A stretch of DNA of 64,000 bases from an uncultured bacterium (GTDB lineage: Bacteria; Oederibacteriota; PGYV01; CAWJRG01): assembly GCA_963845185.1 (NCBI GenBank), contig CAWJRG010000010.1, forward strand, positions 256,001-320,000. The letters are read 5' to 3'. Below, in pieces: positions 58,583 through 64,000 of this stretch. Position numbers and translations under genes: made by a program. The first letter of the stretch is position 1, and every line of letters starts with the position of its first letter. Below the pieces are notes generated by a model. It was not told where the DNA came from. It did not search any database and saw only the letters and a list, made by a program, of their open reading frames with translations.

Positions 58583-58700
58583 ACTTCCCCTTCCCCCTCG
58601 ACGGGGGAAGGATTAAATATTCCAGCGGAATATTTAATGGCGATAGTCAATAAAATTTATAATCAAGCATTCCTCGCCAGGAACGGGATGAGGGTGAAGT
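58583..58700. repeat. Palindromic miniature repeat carrying a nested 67-nt insertion
   Basis: CCTTCCCCCTCGACGGGGGAAGG[ATTAAATATTCCAGCGGAATATTTAAT GGCGA..TCGCC]AGGAACGGGATGAGGGTG. Confidence 0.6.
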
Positions 58701-58974
58701 AGCGGCTGATTCCGTATCATTTCACGCCAACATCAGACCTCAAAACTTATTTTATTTAGTAGGGATTTAAAGTTTAACTTTTTTGTAAAACATGTGGATA
58801 AATTATAACACAAAACCCGGAAAATCATCTGTAAAATAATGTAAAAGAAGTTTTCGATGCAGAATATAAGGATATTGAAAGTCCACGAAGCGACAAAGAG
58901 AAATGGGGAACGAGGAAAAATTAAAAAGTGCAAAAATTTTAACTTAATAAAACCAAATCAGTTATTTTTTTTTA

Positions 58975-59235
58975 TTAATGGATTATGATTTTTGACTTTA
59001 TTCTTTCTTTTATCTTTGAATATTTTTTATCTGCATACTCACAACTATAAGCAAATATAGTGTACAGGACTGAAAGTGACATCAAGATTGACATTATTGT
59101 ACATAAATAAAATAAAAACCGCAATTCACTAAAATAATATTCAGATATTCCCATGCCAATCAAGCTGATCATCCAAACCAAAACGTTTTGATTAATGTAG
59201 TGCTTATCAATTTCGTCTGCAAGTTTACTCATCAT
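58975..59235 (-). CDS. Small two-TM hypothetical protein
   Basis: 86-aa ORF with two hydrophobic segments. Confidence 0.55.
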   Translation of the reverse strand: MMSKLADEIDKHYINQNVLVWMISLIGMGISEYYFSELRFLFYLCTIMSILMSLSVLYTIFAYSCEYADKKYSKIKERIKSKIIIH

Positions 59236-59239
59236 TTTT

Positions 59240-59385
59240 CATCATCTTCCTTCTTTTTCGGCTTGTTCCAGTAGGGACTCTTGCTTGGGGCAAATTATTG
59301 GGACTTCATCCTTGTTTCTAGACACCCTTATATGATTGTAGCGTTAACACTTGAACCCATTTATCGCAATCCTAATCCTTGCCAT
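59240..59385 (-). pseudogene. Decayed small zinc-ribbon protein
   Basis: MARIRIAINGFKC*RYNH...PIICPK, then a frameshift to KSPYWNKPKKK; fits a CxxC..CPKCKSPYW pattern broken by a stop, Cys loss and a 2-nt deletion. Confidence 0.6.
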
Positions 59386-59761
59386 AATAATACCCACGTT
59401 ATTAAACATATTTAAACTGGTATTCGTAATATCAAAATCAACCAGCCTGTTTTCATCATTAATTTTATCCCAAAAGGTATTTAAGTCAAGAAAATATATT
59501 TAATCTTTATAATTTTTATTACTATATTTTTCATTTAGCATTTTTAGAGGTTTCTTTAAATATCTGACCAATTTGCTCCTTCATATGGAGTTCCTGGAAA
59601 GCCCATATCAGCAGCGCCATTGTTTTTCAGCATAAGCAAAAATACTGAAACAAAATAAAAAGATTATTACAGGTAAAAGTTTTTTCATAAAAGCCTCCCT
59701 TGGTGGTGCGTATTCAATTTCTCTTTACTTACTTCCTTATTTTTCGGCAAAGCAGTTAAAA

Positions 59762-60799
59762 TCAATCCATTCTATTCATATTTGAAGAAATGTTTCCGAT
59801 AAAAAATATATTATATATAATTTGAATTGAGCAAAGAAGGGTATAGAGACCAGATCTTATTTGCAATGACGAAAATAAAAATAGCAATGATACTATTGCT
59901 GTACAAGCGTTAATAATTATAGCAAAATACGCCGCCCATTTTTTCATCATTAATAATCCAATAATCGGAATTAAACCCAATAATGATCCTAATAAACCAT
60001 ACGGAAAAGCCAAAATAGCCAATATAAACAAATTTATAATTCCTAAAACACAAAATAACGTGATAATAAACGGACGTTCAACACTCTTAGATATTGTTTC
60101 TTTTTTTTGGGCCGCAGCCAATGATTTATCTAATATTTCTCCACAATGTTTACATTTTATAGCTTCATAAAGTATTTCTTCAGCACAATAAGGACACTTT
60201 TTTGTTTTTGAGTGAAAAGTTTCAAAATTGTCATTAGCAATATCTTCTTCAGTAGACTCCGCGTTATATTCAGGTTTTTCATATGACTTGCTATAAGCTG
60301 TTTCCAGTATCCCTTCCTTATAAATCTCAACTTTTTCAATGGTTCCGTCTTCATAATACCAAGTACTTTTTCCATCGGGCTTATCATTTTTATATTCTTG
60401 TGTTGATTCAATTTTTCCTGATTTATAATACGTTTTGCTTACTCCAGATTCACAATTATTTACAAACTGTTCTTCGTGAAATAAATATCCTTCATTATGA
60501 TACAATTTAAAAATGCCGTTTAGTATTTCCCCTTTTTTTTCCACAATTTTATCTCCGTCATAAATCCAACGCGCTATTTCTTTTGTGCCTAAATAAAATA
60601 CCCGTGTTTCGGTATCAGACCATTTAGAAATTTTTTCATCTTTAGATGGTTTTATACCGGATATATTTTTTATTGTGTCTTGGCGTTTTACTACATTATT
60701 AGGTTCGTTTTTTGTTGTGCTTTTTAAAAATTCCCCACAATATCGGCACTTTATCGCGTCATCCTGTATTTCTTCGGCACAATAAGGGCATTTTTTCAT
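59762..60799 (-). CDS. Double zinc-ribbon / MORN-variant repeat membrane protein
   Basis: Two copies of [10 protein letters not shown]...AIKC..CGE.L; YYKSGKI/YYEDGTI repeats; C-terminal TM helices. Confidence 0.8.
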   Translation of the reverse strand: MKKCPYCAEEIQDDAIKCRYCGEFLKSTTKNEPNNVVKRQDTIKNISGIKPSKDEKISKWSDTETRVFYLGTKEIARWIYDGDKIVEKKGEILNGIFKLYHNEGYLFHEEQFVNNCESGVSKTYYKSGKIESTQEYKNDKPDGKSTWYYEDGTIEKVEIYKEGILETAYSKSYEKPEYNAESTEEDIANDNFETFHSKTKKCPYCAEEILYEAIKCKHCGEILDKSLAAAQKKETISKSVERPFIITLFCVLGIINLFILAILAFPYGLLGSLLGLIPIIGLLMMKKWAAYFAIIINACTAIVSLLFLFSSLQIRSGLYTLLCSIQIIYNIFFIGNISSNMNRMD

Positions 60800-60936
60800 T
60801 GCCGCCTCCTGAAATTAGAATCAATTTTCAAGTGTAATTATATTCCCTGTTTACGGCTTTGTCAATAACGGCTACCTTCAAAAACCTCTTTCCTTCCCGC
60901 GTTTTTATCGTATGCAACCCTTCGTACATCTTTTTC

Positions 60937-62216
60937 CTACCTTTTTTTCATCCAATTTTTCACCATCTTCACACCCTGTTTAAACACTGCATGCCCTATC
61001 TTGCCAAAAAGTGACTTTGGCACATGGTTTTCCGCTTGCGTTATAATGTTCTTCACCAGTTCAAAGCCGGGATTTTTCTCTGTTTCTGGTCTCTGGTCTC
61101 TTGTTTCTGGTTGGGTATTACCTTGAGACTTGAAACCAGAAACCAGAGACTTGTTTTCCTTGTCATCACTTACCCCTTCCCCCTTACCACTTACCACCTC
61201 CCCCGCTCTTATCTGCTCATACAGTCCCGGCAAATCTGCAAGATACGGATTTTCGTCCAATTTACTGCCCTTATTCTTTAATCCCCATATTGCCCCTGCC
61301 GCGCCAAGCGCTGCCGCTGCGCCGCTGTCCTCGTCCGCTATTATAATATGAACACTGCCCTTAGCCGGCGTTTTTATCTGAAAATACCCTGTATCCTTCA
61401 ACTCCTGCCACAGCTTGGCATACGGCCCGTCCTGCCCTGAGCTTCCATCCTGAGCTTGTCGAAGGGCTGCCAAAGAGACCCCCTCTCCCGCAGGGGGCGA
61501 GGGGTGTGTTTTGCTGCCATCCCCGAAGGATTCCGGCGTATTGTCTGCTTTTATCCATTCAGCCAGCTTTTTGGCCTGCTTTTCAGTCATTTTCCCGGCT
61601 ATAAGCACCTTTATTGCCTTTTCCATCTTATCAACGTCGTCCGGATAACCATTCGCAAGCCCGGTTAGGGCAATTACGACAGACTCAGGTATCTTCCAGG
61701 CTGTGGATAACTCCGGATTCCGGAGTTGTCCACATATTTGCTCTCTTGCCGCTGTATTCAACAGCCTCATTACCTTTGCCACATTCCCCACATATTGAAA
61801 CCTTATTTGGAGCTTATCCGCGACTTCCTGGTTGTTGAGGTCAGGGCATAAAGCCATGTATTTTTCAATACCCAGGTAGTTGTCAAACCAGTTTGGCGGC
61901 TCCGCCTTATTGCCCATAATCAACTCCAGCATCTCATCTGCCGGGCTGAGGCCCTTTACAACAACCGCCTCTATTTCGGTCCAGTTGTTCTGCTTTGCGC
62001 CTGCGTACCTGTATGCCCGCATAGGATGTAATAGTTGATTCCCTGCCCCGACAGGCCGTCGCCGGCCTTTCTCTCGTCCGTCAAAAGCACCAGCTTGACA
62101 GGGTTAAGCAGCCCGTCCTTATCCATGGACTTTGCGACAGCGTCCACAATATCCTGTTGCAGGAAGCTCCTCGGGTTGTTTGGATGCGGCTTGATCTCGG
62201 AAATAGGTATCTTCAT
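60937..62216 (-). pseudogene. ParB/RepB/Spo0J-like protein, frameshifted near 62012
   Basis: KIPISEIKPHPNNPR..SMDKDGLLNPV..YYILCGH continues in another frame as RYAGAK..WTEIEAVV; HTH-like NNQEVADKL. One base is missing in the GHxR motif. Confidence 0.75.
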
Positions 62217-62238
62217 GTTAGAACCCCCATTATGTTTT

Positions 62239-62431
62239 GGGCGATTCATGAATCGCCCCTACGTAATGCACAGCGTTTTATTCCTTATGTAGGGGTAATT
62301 CACGAATTACCCTGTCTTTGCCGTTCATCTCGTTTTGGACAATTCGCTATAGTCCCGAGCGAAGTCGAAGCGGATGAATTGCCCGTCTTTGTTGTTTCAT
62401 TCGTTTTGGGCGATTCGTGAATCGCCCCTAC
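62239..62431. repeat. Cluster of four GTAG-type REP palindromes
   Basis: GTAGGGGCGATTCATGAATCGCCC (62262-62239, minus); GTAGGGGTAATTCACGAATTACCC (62289-62312, plus); interrupted copy 62337-62384; GTAGGGGCGATTCACGAATCGCCC (62431-62408, minus). Confidence 0.8.
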
Positions 62432-62437
62432 TCTTCG

Positions 62438-63250
62438 TTATTTGATAATAAAAAGTTTAATATATAGGTATAAGACTGGCGCGTTAAAAAGCAGCGAGTC
62501 AATTTTATCCATTATTCCGCCCATTTCAGGCAGCAGGTTCGAAGAATTTTTAACTCCCGTGTATCTTTTTATCACGGACTCTGCTATATCGCCTGCCTGC
62601 CCGGTGAAGGACAATAGTACAGCAAGTATTATAAGATGCGTCACTGGGAAAAAAGGAAAAAAATCCTTGAATATCAGAAGTTTTAATATTACTGTGGCAG
62701 CAATATTAATAATTATGCCTCCTATAAATCCCTCGACTGACTTTTTAGGTGAGAGCTCTACAATTAACTTGTGCCTGCCAAAAGCCACGCCTGTAAAATA
62801 AGCGCCCGCGTCGTAAATCCAGGTAAACATCATCAGCGAGAATATCCAGTAATTCCCCTGCGGTAACTTTCTTAAAAGTATCACAAATGTGCCCAGGGCA
62901 GTAAGATAAACAAAAGGGAATACGGTGTTCACAACCTTTGGCATATCCCTGTCCACATTTTTTGTTATTAGAATAATTGAGAGAAGGATCATTATCAGCG
63001 CCGCCAAAGTATAAAACCCGTACGCAGGGTTTCCTGTATATGCCACAAGCAAAAATGTTATAACCGAAGCCGTAAGCCCGATGTACATGAATGAAGCCAT
63101 CTTTTTTGCTTTAAAAATACTGTAGATTTCAATCAATCCTGCTAAAAAAACAGCCGTTACAAATGCATAAAACGGCCAGGTTATCGCAGACATTATAATA
63201 AAATAAATTGTCGGGCATGCTATGATGGCTATTATAATGCGTTTAAGCAT
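62438..63250 (-). CDS. cdsA: Phosphatidate cytidylyltransferase
   Basis: DAGAYFTG, SPKKSVEG, GDIAESVIKR..GVKNSS..LP..GGIMDKIDS. Confidence 0.95.
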   Translation of the reverse strand: MLKRIIIAIIACPTIYFIIMSAITWPFYAFVTAVFLAGLIEIYSIFKAKKMASFMYIGLTASVITFLLVAYTGNPAYGFYTLAALIMILLSIILITKNVDRDMPKVVNTVFPFVYLTALGTFVILLRKLPQGNYWIFSLMMFTWIYDAGAYFTGVAFGRHKLIVELSPKKSVEGFIGGIIINIAATVILKLLIFKDFFPFFPVTHLIILAVLLSFTGQAGDIAESVIKRYTGVKNSSNLLPEMGGIMDKIDSLLFNAPVLYLYIKLFIIK

Positions 63251-63962
63251 TTGTTACCCCGCCAAAACGCCTGTCGCGTTTATTAAATATTTTTATTGCT
63301 TCGACAAGCTGCAGCTTGCGGAAATCCGGCCAAAGTGTGTCAGTCACGTAAAACTCAGCGTAAGAAAGCTGCCATAAAAGAAAATTGCTCAGGCGCATTT
63401 CCCCGCTGGTGCGTATCATCAGGTCCGGGTCTGGAATGCCTTTGGTATACAGGTGCTCTGCTATTGTGTTCTCCGTTATGTCGGAAACCCGTATCCTGCC
63501 GTCCGCGTATTTTTTTGCTATGCTTTTAGCCGCCATGGTTATTTCATCCCTTGAACCGTAATTAAGAGCAAGCACAAGGGTCAAACCTGTGTTTTTCGAG
63601 GTTAATTTTATGACTTTAGCTATTTCTTTTTTTACGCCAGCCGGGAGTTTTGATATATTTCCTATGGCTAAAAAGCGCACGTTGTTTTTCATCATTGTCT
63701 TTTTTTCTTTTACGAGGTAATCCTTAAGAAGCCTCATCAGGAAGTTTACTTCACTTTCCTGTCTTTTCCAGTTTTCCGTTGAAAAAGCGTAGAGTGTGAG
63801 GTACTTGATTCCTAGCTCCGCGCAGGCTTCTGTAACAGCCCTTACGGATTTTGCCCCCTCTTTATGCCCCATGATTCTCGGCAGGTTCCTGTGTTTTGCC
63901 CATCTTCCGTTCCCATCCATTATTATGGCTATATGTGTGGGTAATTTTTCGCCTCTTTTCAT
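63243..63962 (-). CDS. uppS: Undecaprenyl diphosphate synthase (isoprenyl transferase)
   Basis: HIAIIMDGNGRWA, YAFSTENWKR, IRTSGEMRLSNFLLWQ, RRFGG. Confidence 0.97.
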   Translation of the reverse strand: MKRGEKLPTHIAIIMDGNGRWAKHRNLPRIMGHKEGAKSVRAVTEACAELGIKYLTLYAFSTENWKRQESEVNFLMRLLKDYLVKEKKTMMKNNVRFLAIGNISKLPAGVKKEIAKVIKLTSKNTGLTLVLALNYGSRDEITMAAKSIAKKYADGRIRVSDITENTIAEHLYTKGIPDPDLMIRTSGEMRLSNFLLWQLSYAEFYVTDTLWPDFRKLQLVEAIKIFNKRDRRFGGVTNA

Positions 63963-64000
63963 CAGTCACCTTTATGATAAATACCGAAAAGTGGAATTTT

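Noticed and set aside
58531..58650. 40-aa N-terminal extension of Dxr in the ORF track
   Set aside because: It is read-through of a palindromic repeat; MAKKVV at 58530 has its own SD (GAGGG) and matches the family start.
58793..58801. Perfect DnaA box (TGTGGATAA) in an AT-rich gap as a possible oriC
   Set aside because: Single box, no cluster, and no dnaA/dnaN/gidA context.
62239..62431. Possible CRISPR array
   Set aside because: Repeats are self-palindromic, in mixed orientation, with irregular and partly similar spacers; no cas genes. Fits REP elements.

Overview
AT-rich bacterial chromosomal window, probably from an anaerobic candidate-phylum organism (inference; taxonomy cannot be fixed from this sequence). 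All confidently called genes except one lie on the minus strand. Housekeeping blocks: uppS-cdsA, an accessory island, then dxr-rseP-ispG-TPR-proS; gcvT-H-PA-PB-lipoate ligase-lipA; typA; lpdA; a TetR/HlyD/ABC-2 efflux operon; a DinG helicase; gatC-gatA-X-gatB-rlmD-ygiQ (ygiQ frameshifted); and an ECF sigma/zinc anti-sigma/YHS cluster. A Type I restriction-modification locus (hsdM with an N-terminal wHTH-like extension, hsdS, hsdR, YgjP-like M48 gene) carries two embedded cargo genes: an AbiTii-like protein and an unknown membrane-anchored 506-aa protein. Non-coding highlights: (i) a ~100-nt two-hairpin element in four copies with covarying stems, always abutting the Shine-Dalgarno (SD) of the downstream gene (gatC, cupin, MEMO1/amrB, gcvH); (ii) sibling terminator-like hairpins with C-rich anti-SD loops, plus a further candidate sRNA; (iii) several miniature palindromic repeat families, some nested in one another or embedded in a frameshifted ParB-like gene that also holds a 33-bp palindrome. 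No rRNA, tRNA, CRISPR array, transposase or integrase was seen.
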